From positions 30,816 through 94,815 of the forward strand of contig JBMFUT010000001.1 of the NCBI GenBank assembly GCA_049966395.1: a stretch of DNA of 64,000 nt, written 5' to 3'. A program made the position numbers and the translations under genes. How positions within the stretch are numbered: position 1 is the stretch's first letter; every line of letters starts with the position of its first letter. A model generated the notes under the pieces. That model did no database searches, was not told where the DNA came from, and worked only from the letters and a program-made list of their open reading frames with translations. Of the stretch, positions 18,259 through 28,561 are shown piece after piece. The stretch is from Candidatus Micrarchaeia archaeon (GTDB taxonomy: Archaea > Micrarchaeota > Micrarchaeia > Micrarchaeales > CABMGC01).

Positions 18259-19251
18259 ATGCCAAGCGTAGATTTTGAATACGTTTACAATTTCATAAAA
18301 TCTAACTCTGGCAGGAAATTCCTCATAACTTTTCACTCTATAGGAGACAGGGATGGGGTTGGCGCGGCAATTGCTCTCTCAAAATACCTCACCAACTCCG
18401 TAGTTGCAACTCCTGATTACATAACAAGCAATGCAAAGCACATGCTGGAACATGCTGGGTACTCAAAAGAGATTCGCTCAGTGTATCCGGAGGACGCGGA
18501 GATAATAATAGTGCTTGACACCAACAATTTCAAGTCTTTGGGCGGCTTCGCCAGCACCATAATAAATTCCGGAAAGCAGGTGCTCTTCATAGATCATCAT
18601 CTGCTCTCTACAGGCCTAGAGCGAGACGCCATAATTTACAGCGACGAGAACTTCAATTCAACTTCCAGCATAGTTTACGAGCTGCTAAAGAGGCTCGGCC
18701 TGCCAATAGACAAGGAATCGGCAATCCTTCTCTTGAACGGAATAATATCAGACTCTGCCGACTTCCAGAACGCCACGCCGCAGACTTTCAGGCAGGTAGC
18801 CGATCTGCTGGACACGGCAAGGATGGAATATACAGACATACTAAGCTACTTTCACGAGAAAGTTCCACTTGCAAATAGGTATTCATTGATAAACGACATA
18901 TTCGCCTCAAATGCAGAGATAGTCGGAGGCTACATAATCATCTATGGCAGGTCCAACATACATGCCAATATCGCGGCAGACATGGCGCTGAGGCTTGGCG
19001 CAGACGCTTCACTCTTCTGGCTGATAAACGAAAAGGAGGTATCGATATCAGCAAGGCTCAGACCTCCGCTTGACAGGAAGCTTTCGCTTCATCTGGGCAA
19101 GGTGATGCAGGATGCCTCCGAGATAATAGGAGGCAACGGCGGGGGGCATCCGTGCGCAGCAGGAGCATACGGCCCGGAGAAGGAAAGGGCACCTGACGCA
19201 ATAGGCAAGATACTAGGAGAAATAAAATACAAATTTGCCGAAGGAAGGTAG
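18259..19251 (+). CDS. DHH/DHHA1 phosphoesterase (NrnA-like nanoRNase/pAp phosphatase)
   Basis: Motifs HSIGDRDGVGA, VLDTNN, IDHH, and DHHA1 GGGHPCAAGA; 330 aa. Confidence 0.8.
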   Translation: MPSVDFEYVYNFIKSNSGRKFLITFHSIGDRDGVGAAIALSKYLTNSVVATPDYITSNAKHMLEHAGYSKEIRSVYPEDAEIIIVLDTNNFKSLGGFASTIINSGKQVLFIDHHLLSTGLERDAIIYSDENFNSTSSIVYELLKRLGLPIDKESAILLLNGIISDSADFQNATPQTFRQVADLLDTARMEYTDILSYFHEKVPLANRYSLINDIFASNAEIVGGYIIIYGRSNIHANIAADMALRLGADASLFWLINEKEVSISARLRPPLDRKLSLHLGKVMQDASEIIGGNGGGHPCAAGAYGPEKERAPDAIGKILGEIKYKFAEGR

Positions 19252-19262
19252 TCTCTAAGCAG

Positions 19263-19973
19263 TCAGACCCCTGCCAGAAGCGCAATGGCAACCCCTACAA
19301 TCGCGCCTGCCAGTGCGCACATAAAGTTGGAAGTGTACTTGTTGCCAATTCCCTTCTCCTCGAAATACCCTAGAAAAGAGTCAGCGATGTTGCCTATAAT
19401 TCCAGATACAAATATTATTGCCGCAAACGCGACATATGAAAGAATGCCGTGAGAAAGGAAGAAAGCCATGCATCCTATAAGCGCAGCCCCGACAGCGCTT
19501 GCAAATGTTCCCAAAACAGTTACTCCGCCAGAAGTCCCCTTTTCCACGCGCCTCAGCGAGATGAGTGAAATCGGGAAGCCGTCGAGCACCCCTATCTCGC
19601 TTGCGAACTTGTCTGCAGTTATCGCAGCTACGCTAGAAAAGTAAGCTATGCCTATGAGTACCGACGGGGCGAAGTGGTGCGCTGCATTTATGCCGAAAAG
19701 CACAGCTATGGCCATGGGCACCAGGCCGTTTGCGAATACATTCTTGTAGCTTCTCGTCTTCTCGTACAAGCCGAGCTTCCTTTTCTTGGTAATGCCTACG
19801 TTTGTCACTATTGCAGAGAGGAAAAGGAACCAGAAGAGCATGCCGAAGGCAAGCAGGCCGAAGCTACCTCCGAAGACAAGCATTACAGCGCCTATGGCGA
19901 CCCCGGCTTCTATGCCCTTTATGTCAAGCGTCAGAAACGGCACACAACCATCCATTTTTTTGGAATATTCCAC
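19263..19973 (-). CDS. DUF92/TIGR00297-family integral membrane protein
   Basis: Multi-pass membrane protein with TADKFASEIG and EKGTSGGVTVLGT segments typical of the DUF92 (TMEM19-like) family. Confidence 0.65.
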   Translation of the reverse strand: MEYSKKMDGCVPFLTLDIKGIEAGVAIGAVMLVFGGSFGLLAFGMLFWFLFLSAIVTNVGITKKRKLGLYEKTRSYKNVFANGLVPMAIAVLFGINAAHHFAPSVLIGIAYFSSVAAITADKFASEIGVLDGFPISLISLRRVEKGTSGGVTVLGTFASAVGAALIGCMAFFLSHGILSYVAFAAIIFVSGIIGNIADSFLGYFEEKGIGNKYTSNFMCALAGAIVGVAIALLAGV

Positions 19974-20190
19974 TAATTAGAAAGACTTTTAAATCTTACA
20001 TTTTATATAATATCACGGGTTCTCTACTGTAGGAAGGGTAAACTGGTCGCCTTGCCAGCACATGTGAATGTGCTGGCCTCTTCCTTTTAGCAACTTTGCA
20101 TCATCAGCTTACGCTTTGCCCAACGCTATTTAATGCCAGATAACTATTTATTGGTTGCCACTATGCATACTGGATTTGCATCTGGCCTGG

Positions 20191-21489
20191 CTAAATTTTC
20201 GATAGGTCTACGCCCCTGGTTTCCTTCGAAAGCAGCGCCGATGCGAGTATGAATAGCTCTCCTATTATTATGAAGAGCCCCCACCACGCGAAGAAGGTGC
20301 TGGCCGCAAAGCCTACCACGAGGAGCAAGATCGCCGTGCTCCAGTTGCCTATTATGAATCCTCCGTTGAAGCCTAATCCTACACCGCTGCTCCTTACAGA
20401 CGTAGGAAACTTTTCGCTTAGGAACGACGGAATTACCCCGTATATGCCTGTGGTAATGAACGCCAGTACGCTAGCGAAAAGCAGCGCCCCGTAGAATCCG
20501 AGCGCGTGCGTCATTATTAGATAGGTCAGAGGCACTGCAAATATTATGCCGATTACAGAGTAGAGTATCATCATAGCCCTCCTGCCTATCATTTCGCTAA
20601 CCCCTCCGGAAGTCATATACCCAAGCAGCGAGACTAGTATAGCTATTATCACTACATATATGTAGTCTGGGAAGCTCATGAAGCCGTGCACAGAAAGAAC
20701 AGTAGGATAGAATCCCAAAGTGAGCCCATACACCCACGCTATGCCTGTCATCGCCAGTATGCCGGTCATTACACCGAAGGCATTCTTTCTGCTCTTGAAA
20801 AGCTCCGAAAGCGGAGCTCTTGCTATCTTTTTCCTCTTGTAAAGATCGGACCAAAGCGCAGATTCTGGCATCATAACCCTTATTATCAATCCTATTACCA
20901 CAGGGATTATGCCTATCCAGAACATCCATCTCCAGCCGCTAGCGGCAAAGCTCGCTCCGGGGAAAACAAAATGCAGTCCCAGGAAAAGCAGCGCTGCAAG
21001 TGTATATCCTACAGGATAGCCGCTTTGTATTGCGGCGCCCCATATCCCTCTTCTGTTGTTCTTTACCGATTCCATCAGTATGGCGGAGCTGTTGCCGTAT
21101 TCCCCGCCGGCAAATACCCCTGTTATTATCCTGAACAGGAAAAGCAGTATTGGCGCAGCTATGCCTATGGCCGCGAAAGTCGGAAGAAAACCAGTAAAGA
21201 ATATTATCAAGCCCAATCCAAGCAGCGTTATTACCATTGCCTTCTTTCTTCCTATCTTGTCTCCAACTCTTCCGAATATCGCGCCGCCCACAGGCCTGAA
21301 TATGAAAGTTGTGGTGTAGATGCTCCACGTGCCTACAATCGCAAGCCCGAAGTTGGCTGGGAAAAAGATAGATGCAAGCACCGGCACAAGAAGAAACATC
21401 ATGCTCAAATCGAAGGCATCCATTATCCATCCTGCCATTGCGCCAGGATATACTGACCACGGGTTGGTCTTCTTATAAGAGGAATCCAT
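20191..21489 (-). CDS. MFS transporter (metabolite:H+ symporter-like)
   Basis: About 12 predicted TM helices and the MFS loop signature GRVGDKIGRKKAM between TM2 and TM3. Confidence 0.85.
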   Translation of the reverse strand: MDSSYKKTNPWSVYPGAMAGWIMDAFDLSMMFLLVPVLASIFFPANFGLAIVGTWSIYTTTFIFRPVGGAIFGRVGDKIGRKKAMVITLLGLGLIIFFTGFLPTFAAIGIAAPILLFLFRIITGVFAGGEYGNSSAILMESVKNNRRGIWGAAIQSGYPVGYTLAALLFLGLHFVFPGASFAASGWRWMFWIGIIPVVIGLIIRVMMPESALWSDLYKRKKIARAPLSELFKSRKNAFGVMTGILAMTGIAWVYGLTLGFYPTVLSVHGFMSFPDYIYVVIIAILVSLLGYMTSGGVSEMIGRRAMMILYSVIGIIFAVPLTYLIMTHALGFYGALLFASVLAFITTGIYGVIPSFLSEKFPTSVRSSGVGLGFNGGFIIGNWSTAILLLVVGFAASTFFAWWGLFIIIGELFILASALLSKETRGVDLSKI

Positions 21490-21671
21490 CTCACCACTAA
21501 ATGCTCTTCGAATGAAAGAAATAAAAATTTATCAGTAATACAATTGCCTGCGAATTTTCAATTCTTATTTCATGCAAAAATGGCAACTGCGCGCAAATGC
21601 TGGATTTGTGTAATACAAAATTTGCATAAAAGATAAATTAGTGCCTTTTCATCAATTTTGTAGTGGTAAAG

Positions 21672-24365
21672 ATGGATGCCAAAGAAATAGAGAAAACAAA
21701 AGAGAGTCTGCGCTCAACGCTTTCGATAGGAGGCAAGCAGATAAGCTACTACTCGATAAAAAAACTTGCCAGCGCAGGCCTTGGCGATGCAAGCCGCCTG
21801 CCTTTTTCACTAAAAGTAATCCTAGAATCGCTGATTAGAAATCTCGACGGTGTTACAATAACAGAAGAAGACCTGAAAAACGTAATCGAATGGGATCCAA
21901 AGAATCCAAAAGATGTCGACATACCATTCAAGGTTTCTAGGGTGCTTATGCAGGATTTTACCGGCGTTCCGGCAATTGTTGACTTGGCGGCAATGAGGGA
22001 ATATGTTTCGAAGAAAGGCGCCAATGCCGAAATAGTGAAGCCGCAGATACCAACCGACCTGGTTATAGACCATTCTGTACAGGTGGACGCTTTCGATTCG
22101 CCAGATGCGCTTTACATAAACCAGCAGAAGGAGTCCGAGAGGAATTCCGAGCGATACAAGCTCCTGAAATGGGCGAGTCAGTCATTCGACAACTTCAGGG
22201 TTTTTCCACCGTCAGCAGGGATATGTCACCAGCTCAACATAGAGTACATAGCGACATGCGTGACGATGAGGAAGAATGGAAATGTATACGAGGCGTTTCC
22301 AGACACGCTAGTAGGCACCGATTCCCACACAACAATGATAAATGCGCTTGGCGTTGTGGGTTTCGGAGTCGGCGGAATAGAAGCAGATGCAGCGCTGATG
22401 GGGGAGCCAATATCCATAGCAATGCCAAAGGTGCTCGGAGTGCGCCTTACCGGTAGGCTTCCAAGCGGAGCTACAGCTACGGACTTTGCCCTCAGCCTTA
22501 CCCGCGTGCTAAGGGAAAAGGGCGTAGTCAACATGTTCGTGGAATTTTTTGGCGAGGGCCTTGCTTCGCTCTCGCTGCCTGACAGGGCTACTCTATCTAA
22601 CATGTGCCCCGAATATGGCGCGACAGTCGCAATATTTCCGGTCGACGAAGAAACGCTGAGGTACATGCGAATGACTGGAAGGAGCGCTGAGAGCGTGGAC
22701 CTTGTGAGGGAATACTACAATGCGCAGGGGATGTTCGGCAGCAACGTAAATGCCGACTACAGCGATACTATCGAGGTCGATCTTTCGAAGATAGTTCCAA
22801 GCGTTTCTGGCCCATCGCAGCCAAAGCAGCAGATGCCCCTCGGCGCAATAAAAGAAGAATTCCTGAAATATCTGGCATCTGGCAGCAGCCAGGGTTCAGC
22901 ATTGAAATCTGCAACTATAAGCTATCAGGACGGCGCAAAAGAGGTTCTTTCAGACGGCGACGTGGTAATATCATCGATAACGAGCTGCACAAACACAAGC
23001 AATCCATACGTGATGATAGCTGCTGGGCTGCTTGCCAAGAAGGCGGTTGAAAAGGGGCTTAGGGTCAACACGAGGAAAGTCAAAACAAGCATGGGCTTGG
23101 GCTCCAGGGTGGTTACGCGCTATTTGGAGAAGGCCGGTCTGCTAGAGCCTCTCGCAAAGTTAGGTTACAGCATTGTAGGGTACGGCTGCCTTACTTGCAT
23201 AGGAAACAGCGGGCCCCTCATAGAGAAGCAGAGCGAAGCAATAAACAGCAACGGCCTGAGTGTGGCATCTGTTCTCTCTGGCAACAGGAATTTCGAGGGC
23301 AGGATACATGTAGACGTCAAGGCTAACTACCTGATGTCTCCTCCGCTTGTTGTCGCGTTCGGAATAGCCGGCACAGTGTTGAAGGATCTTACAAAGGAAC
23401 CTCTGGCAATTAATGCAAACGGCGAGGAAGTATACCTGAGCGACATATACCCCACAAAAGAAGAGGTAAATGAAGTTATAGAGCGCGTAGTCAGCGAAGA
23501 CCTGTTTGCGGAAGAATACGGCAGCAACATATTCAAAGTCAACCCATACTGGAACAGCCTTTCAAGCCCCTCTGGAAAAATGTACGAATGGGATGACAAC
23601 AGCACATACATAAGGCAACCTCCATTTTTCGGCAATCCTGTAAGCTCAGGCAGCATAGAGAATGCAAGGGTGCTGGCGGTGTTCGGCGACTCAATATCGA
23701 CAGACCACATCTCCCCAGCTGGAGAAATATCTCCTTCCAGCCCAGCCGGCAAGTACCTGTTGCAGCACGGAGTAAAGGAGGAGGATTTCAATACCTACGG
23801 ATCGAGGAGAGGCAACCACGAGGTGATGATGAGGGGAACATTCGCCAATTCCAGGATAGTAAACCTCATGCTCGGCGGCGAGATCGGCGGCCTCACAATA
23901 CACTATCCATCTGGAGAAAAGATGACAATATTCGATGCCGCCATGAGATATAAAGACGAGGGCGTGCCACTTGTGGTAATAGCAGGAGCAGAATACGGCT
24001 CCGGCAGCTCAAGGGACTGGGCTGCAAAAGGCCCCATGCTCCTTGGAGTGAAAGCCGTGATAGCAAAAAGTTTCGAGAGAATACACCGCAGCAACCTTAT
24101 CGGAATGGGCATAATTCCTCTTCAGTTTGCGCAAGGCGAAGATTTCAAAACGCTTGCCATCGATTTATCCAAAACAATAACCATAGAAGTGCCTGAAGAG
24201 CTGTCCCCTAGGGCAACAGTAGCGATGAAATATTACAAGAAAGGGTCTAATGAAGAGTCAGTGGCATACCTAAAATGCAGGATAGACACGAACGCAGAGG
24301 TCGAGCATTACAAATCCGGCGGAATACTAAACTACGTAGCCAAAAAGATGCTCAGCGCAATCTAG
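21672..24365 (+). CDS. acnA: Aconitate hydratase (AcnA type)
   Basis: About 897 aa. Aconitase motifs GTDSHTTM, GYGCLTCIGNSG, GSGSSRDWAAKG. The likely start is ATG 21672 (the track start 21663 is a GTG three codons upstream). Confidence 0.95.
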   Translation: MDAKEIEKTKESLRSTLSIGGKQISYYSIKKLASAGLGDASRLPFSLKVILESLIRNLDGVTITEEDLKNVIEWDPKNPKDVDIPFKVSRVLMQDFTGVPAIVDLAAMREYVSKKGANAEIVKPQIPTDLVIDHSVQVDAFDSPDALYINQQKESERNSERYKLLKWASQSFDNFRVFPPSAGICHQLNIEYIATCVTMRKNGNVYEAFPDTLVGTDSHTTMINALGVVGFGVGGIEADAALMGEPISIAMPKVLGVRLTGRLPSGATATDFALSLTRVLREKGVVNMFVEFFGEGLASLSLPDRATLSNMCPEYGATVAIFPVDEETLRYMRMTGRSAESVDLVREYYNAQGMFGSNVNADYSDTIEVDLSKIVPSVSGPSQPKQQMPLGAIKEEFLKYLASGSSQGSALKSATISYQDGAKEVLSDGDVVISSITSCTNTSNPYVMIAAGLLAKKAVEKGLRVNTRKVKTSMGLGSRVVTRYLEKAGLLEPLAKLGYSIVGYGCLTCIGNSGPLIEKQSEAINSNGLSVASVLSGNRNFEGRIHVDVKANYLMSPPLVVAFGIAGTVLKDLTKEPLAINANGEEVYLSDIYPTKEEVNEVIERVVSEDLFAEEYGSNIFKVNPYWNSLSSPSGKMYEWDDNSTYIRQPPFFGNPVSSGSIENARVLAVFGDSISTDHISPAGEISPSSPAGKYLLQHGVKEEDFNTYGSRRGNHEVMMRGTFANSRIVNLMLGGEIGGLTIHYPSGEKMTIFDAAMRYKDEGVPLVVIAGAEYGSGSSRDWAAKGPMLLGVKAVIAKSFERIHRSNLIGMGIIPLQFAQGEDFKTLAIDLSKTITIEVPEELSPRATVAMKYYKKGSNEESVAYLKCRIDTNAEVEHYKSGGILNYVAKKMLSAI

Positions 24366-24369
24366 CCAT

Positions 24370-25557
24370 TCAGGTCCTGGATACTATAATGCCTATTACC
24401 TCGTCGGCAAATTCCCTAGTGCCCAAGGCTTCGCTGCCAAAATACCTTGCTATGTCTTTTGTCACTTTCCTTTGCTCTATCGCCTTAGCTATTGCGCTTT
24501 CAATGATGTTGCTTGCTTCAGTCCACCCCATATATTCAAGCATCATCTCTCCTCCTCTTATCAAGCCCATGGGATTTGCCACGTTCAATCCTGCATACTT
24601 GTCCGCGGTTCCGTGAACAGCTTCAAAAACTCCGCCATTGTCGCCTACGTTTGCTCCTCCTAGGACGCCAATGTCTCCTATCAGCGCCCCAGCCGCATCC
24701 GATATGTAATCTCCATTGAGGTTAGGCGCAAGAATTACATCATAGCTCTCAGGCCTAGTTATTATCTGCTGGAACATGTTGTCGGCTATCCTGTCGTTTA
24801 TCAGTATTTTGCCTTCTGCTTTATCTGCACCTCCAGCGAGTTCTTCCTCTCTGATGAATTTTCCACTGTATTCGCGCTCAGCTACATCGTATGCCCACTC
24901 CCTGAAGGCGCCCTCAGTGTACTTCATTATGTTGCCCTTGTGCATTATGGTTACGGAACGCCTCTTGTTTTTTATGGCGTAATTGAAAGCAGCTCTTGCA
25001 ATCCTCTCCGTTTTAGCCTTTCCAATTGTTTTTATTCCTATGCCGGCATCGTCGTCCACTCCTATCTTGAATTGCTCCCTCAAAAATTCTCTAATCTCTC
25101 CGGCTTCCTTGCTGTCATAAGGCCACTCTATTCCAGTATAAAGATCGTCTGTGTTCTCCCTTATTATCACCATGTCGACCTTCTCCGGGTTCTTGATGGG
25201 GCTTTCTAGGCCTTTTATGTATTTTACCGGGCGTATGTTAGCATATAGATCTAGCAGCAATCTCATTCGCACATTTATGGATTTGAAGCCCTTGCCAACC
25301 GGAGTCTCAAGCGGCCCCTTGAGCATAATGCGGTACTTCTTGAGCGCCTCCTCAGTCTCCTTAGGAAACCTGTCCCCGAATTCCTTTTCCGCGTCTCTTC
25401 CAGCCGGAACGCTCATCCACGAAATCTTCTTTCTGCCACCATATGCCTCCTCAACTGCGGCGTCTATTATCCTTACAGTTGCTTCAGTTATCTCAGGCCC
25501 TATGCCGTCTCCGTCTACCCTAAGGACTGTCGGTTTTGCTTCATCTTCGAATGTCAT
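24370..25557 (-). CDS. icd: Isocitrate dehydrogenase (NADP-type, prokaryotic homodimeric family)
   Basis: VDGDGIGPEI, IRENTDDLY, NLNGDYISDAAGALIGDIGVLGGANVGD; 395 aa. Convergent with acnA. Confidence 0.88.
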   Translation of the reverse strand: MTFEDEAKPTVLRVDGDGIGPEITEATVRIIDAAVEEAYGGRKKISWMSVPAGRDAEKEFGDRFPKETEEALKKYRIMLKGPLETPVGKGFKSINVRMRLLLDLYANIRPVKYIKGLESPIKNPEKVDMVIIRENTDDLYTGIEWPYDSKEAGEIREFLREQFKIGVDDDAGIGIKTIGKAKTERIARAAFNYAIKNKRRSVTIMHKGNIMKYTEGAFREWAYDVAEREYSGKFIREEELAGGADKAEGKILINDRIADNMFQQIITRPESYDVILAPNLNGDYISDAAGALIGDIGVLGGANVGDNGGVFEAVHGTADKYAGLNVANPMGLIRGGEMMLEYMGWTEASNIIESAIAKAIEQRKVTKDIARYFGSEALGTREFADEVIGIIVSRT

Positions 25558-25830
25558 ACAATCGCCAGCTGCGAATTAAATGCATAAAAATAAACAGGCA
25601 GATATAAAAACATGATATCATATCTTGTTGACTTTTCCAACAAAAGAGAACTTGCACGTCCAATTTGTTTAAATTCAAATTGCCCTCCGCGCTCATTTCA
25701 ATCCCACTATTGAAATAATGGCTTTCTGCGAAGCATTCTGCAAAATGCGTGTTTGTATTCGGATTTGGAATTTCGAAGGGCCATGGAAGGGTTATTATTT
25801 TTTTACTTCTATGTTAAATACGTTGGGGGC

Positions 25831-26781
25831 ATGGCAAAAGAAAAATCAATAAAGGAACTGGAGGACTTGCCTGGAATAGGCGCTGCTACAGCTGAAAAGC
25901 TGAAGGCTTCTGGTTACGACAGCATAGAGAAGATAGCTGTGGCTGCCCCGCACGAACTTGCAGAGATAGCCGACATGAGCGTAGATGCGGCAAAGAAGGC
26001 AATAGACGCGGCAAAGGAAGCCACTACTGTGAATTATGAAACAGCAGACCAGGTATACGATACAAGGAAGGCGCTTGGCCGCATATCGACAGGCGCGAAA
26101 TCCCTCGATGAACTTCTTGGAGGCGGCGTGGAATCTAACGGCATAACCGAGGTTTACGGGAAGTTCGCTTCCGGGAAGACCCAGCTTGGGTTTCAATTAA
26201 GCGTTAACGTGCAGAAGCCGCTGGGTAGCGGAGGCCTTGGCGGCGGCGTGCTGTTTGTAGATACAGAAAGCACATTCAGGCCCGAAAGGATAGAAGCGAT
26301 AGCCAAGGCACAGTCTATGAATTCAAAGGAAGTGCTCGACAACATTTTTGTCGTTAAGGCAACCACAACAGAGCAGCAGATTCTGACAATAGAGCGCGCT
26401 GACAAGCTTGTCAAGGAGAAGAACATAAAGCTGATTGTGATAGACTCGCTCATAGCTCTTTTCAGGGCAGAGTTCATAGGAAGGGGTGCGCTAGGCGAAA
26501 GGCAGCAGAAGCTCAACATGCACATACACAAGCTTCTCAATCTTGCCGAGAAGAACAATCTTGCGGTTTATGTTACCAACCAGGTAATGGACAACCCAGC
26601 CATACTTTTTGGCGATCCAACTACGCCGGTTGGAGGCAACATAATAGCACACGCCGCAACGACAAGGCTGTACATAAGAAAGGGCAAGGAGGACAAGCGC
26701 ATAGTGAGACTGGTGGATTCGCCTAACATGCCCGAGGGCGAATGCGTGATAAAAATAACCCCAGAAGGCATAAAAGACTGA
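25831..26781 (+). CDS. radA: DNA repair and recombination protein RadA
   Basis: HhH LEDLPGIGAATAEKL, Walker A GKFASGKTQ, Walker B KLIVIDS. ATG at 25831 (MAKEKSIKELEDL); the track ORF extends upstream spuriously. Confidence 0.95.
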   Translation: MAKEKSIKELEDLPGIGAATAEKLKASGYDSIEKIAVAAPHELAEIADMSVDAAKKAIDAAKEATTVNYETADQVYDTRKALGRISTGAKSLDELLGGGVESNGITEVYGKFASGKTQLGFQLSVNVQKPLGSGGLGGGVLFVDTESTFRPERIEAIAKAQSMNSKEVLDNIFVVKATTTEQQILTIERADKLVKEKNIKLIVIDSLIALFRAEFIGRGALGERQQKLNMHIHKLLNLAEKNNLAVYVTNQVMDNPAILFGDPTTPVGGNIIAHAATTRLYIRKGKEDKRIVRLVDSPNMPEGECVIKITPEGIKD

Positions 26782-26785
26782 TGAC

Positions 26786-27556
26786 ATGCTTTTCCTAGTG
26801 GGCGTTGGCCTAGAAGAAGGAGACATCTCTTCAAGAGCGGCAATTGCACTGAAGGGCTGCTCAGAAATTATGCTTGACAGGTACACAAGTGTGATATCAG
26901 ACAGCTACATATCATTTTTGGAAGGAATATCAGGAAAGCCAATTCAAATGCTAAAAAGGCAAGACCTCGAAGAGAATGTATCAAAGACAGTAGGGCGCGC
27001 CAAGGAAAGCGACATAGCAATCCTCGTTCCAGGCGATCCCCTTGTTGCTACCACTCACCACCTCATAATAGACACCGCGCACTCGATGGGAGTAAAATGC
27101 AGGGTAATGCATTCCTCTTCCATATTTTCTGCGGCTATAGGAGAAAGCTGTCTGGACATATACAAGTTTGGTCCGACTACCACAATACCCTTCTGGTATG
27201 AAAACTACAAGCCCACCTCTTTCGCTGACGTGATTCTTAAGAATCTTTCTAATGGCGAGCACACGCTGGTTCTGGTAGACATCGACCCTTCTAAGGGCAA
27301 GACAATGGGTCTAGAAGAAGCGCTGTCCCTGCTTGGCAAGGCCTGGTCTAAAACGACAGAAAAGGATTTTGCCAATGAAAATATCATGGCCCTTGGGAAC
27401 GTGGGCAAGGAAGGCCAAAAGATATACTACGGGACAGCTTCAGAAATTGCCGCCGCTGCAAAGGAATTCGAGGGCATGGCGATTTCAATAATAGTTCCTG
27501 CATCGCTCAGCTTCGCCGAGGAAGAAAGCCTTAAGAAATTTGAAATGCACAAATAG
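26786..27556 (+). CDS. dph5: Diphthine synthase
   Basis: Tetrapyrrole-methylase fold, MLFLVGVGLEEGDIS..., GDPLVATTHHLI; 256 aa. Confidence 0.9.
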   Translation: MLFLVGVGLEEGDISSRAAIALKGCSEIMLDRYTSVISDSYISFLEGISGKPIQMLKRQDLEENVSKTVGRAKESDIAILVPGDPLVATTHHLIIDTAHSMGVKCRVMHSSSIFSAAIGESCLDIYKFGPTTTIPFWYENYKPTSFADVILKNLSNGEHTLVLVDIDPSKGKTMGLEEALSLLGKAWSKTTEKDFANENIMALGNVGKEGQKIYYGTASEIAAAAKEFEGMAISIIVPASLSFAEEESLKKFEMHK

Positions 27557-27595
27557 CAATAGGGTGTTTTAACGAGGTGCACTCGCGGCGAATTT

Positions 27596-28102
27596 TTGGT
27601 GCTCATTGCGATGTCGGTGCTCGGCATAATCTCTTCTCTTCTTGTGATATACGAGCTTGACGTGGTGCACACTCTCCCTCCTTTCTGCATAGAAGGTAGT
27701 GCCTCCTCAGGCATAACTATAAACTGCGCCAAGGTCCTGCTGAGCCAGTACTCGCAGCTGCACATAGGCCCGCTGTCGATTTCCGTTGACATGCTCGCCG
27801 CAATATGGTTCATAATAAACATATTTCTTGTTGTGATGGTAACTTCAGGCAGCATAAAATACGCACGGCCGCTTTTCAACGTATTATTCATGTGGAGATT
27901 TTTCGGCCTGATTGTCGTGCCATACATGGTTTATCTAGAACTTTTTGTGGTTAAGTCGATATGTATATACTGCACTGTAATGCACGTCGCGATAATAATA
28001 GACTTCATAATAATAACATATCTTCTGTTTTCAAAAACATCAAAGATACGCGCATGCATAATCCAGGATGCTCCAAACGCCAAGGCAACAAACTATAAAT
28101 AA
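27596..28102 (+). CDS. Vitamin K epoxide reductase (VKOR) family membrane protein
   Basis: Four or five TM helices. A loop Cys pair (PPFCIEGSASSGITINC) is followed by a conserved Ser region (SQYSQL) and a CIYC redox motif in a later TM. TTG start. Confidence 0.65.
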   Translation: MVLIAMSVLGIISSLLVIYELDVVHTLPPFCIEGSASSGITINCAKVLLSQYSQLHIGPLSISVDMLAAIWFIINIFLVVMVTSGSIKYARPLFNVLFMWRFFGLIVVPYMVYLELFVVKSICIYCTVMHVAIIIDFIIITYLLFSKTSKIRACIIQDAPNAKATNYK

Positions 28103-28147
28103 TTGTCTAACAGATATATCAACAAGGCAACCACAAGGGGAGATCCC

Positions 28148-28561
28148 ATGAAAATATTGAACCTTTTCGGGAAGAAGGAAGTGAGCGACGAAATAACAAA
28201 GCGAATGCCCTACTTGATAGTTACAGAATTCGTTCCGTACAAGCTTCACGCCAACAGGAGAAGCAGCGCGACATTGCTGCTTAAGCTGAAAAATCTATCC
28301 TCAGAACCTCTCCTCACTTCTGCGGTAATAGAAGTGCCAAAGCAGATAAGCTTTGACGAGACTGGAATTACCAAAACTAAAGAAGTAAGGCTCGGCGAAC
28401 TGGCCCCCAACGAGGAGGCGCTTTCCAAAGTCGACATATTCAGCGATGCAGGAACAGATGCGGGCGAATACACTGTGACTGTGACTGCGATGGCGCACTA
28501 CAGGGACTATGGGCATGTGATAAACGGAATGAGAAAGAGGACTACAATATCCGCGGTATAG
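28148..28561 (+). CDS. Hypothetical protein, probable all-beta (Ig-like) fold
   Basis: 137 aa from ATG 28148 (MKILNLFGKK). No signal peptide and no recognisable motif. Coding-like composition. Confidence 0.4.
   Translation: MKILNLFGKKEVSDEITKRMPYLIVTEFVPYKLHANRRSSATLLLKLKNLSSEPLLTSAVIEVPKQISFDETGITKTKEVRLGELAPNEEALSKVDIFSDAGTDAGEYTVTVTAMAHYRDYGHVINGMRKRTTISAV

Noticed and set aside
20031-20085. Interpretation of the nested hairpin as an H/ACA guide RNA (lower stem followed by ACA on the minus strand)
   Set aside because: The 5' side of the would-be pseudouridylation pocket is only 2 nt, the lower stem only 6 bp, and there is no K-turn or K-loop in the upper stem. It is kept only as an unexplained structure.
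20090-20110. CTGATGA on the minus strand as a C box of a C/D sRNA
   Set aside because: No CTGA D box or terminal stem lies at the expected 50-70 nt distance downstream.
20686-21456. 256-aa plus-strand ORF antisense to the MFS transporter, and a 173-aa same-strand alternative-frame ORF (20939-21460)
   Set aside because: Composition is implausible (R/Y/H/C-rich). They overlap a well-supported 12-TM transporter gene and show no motif support.
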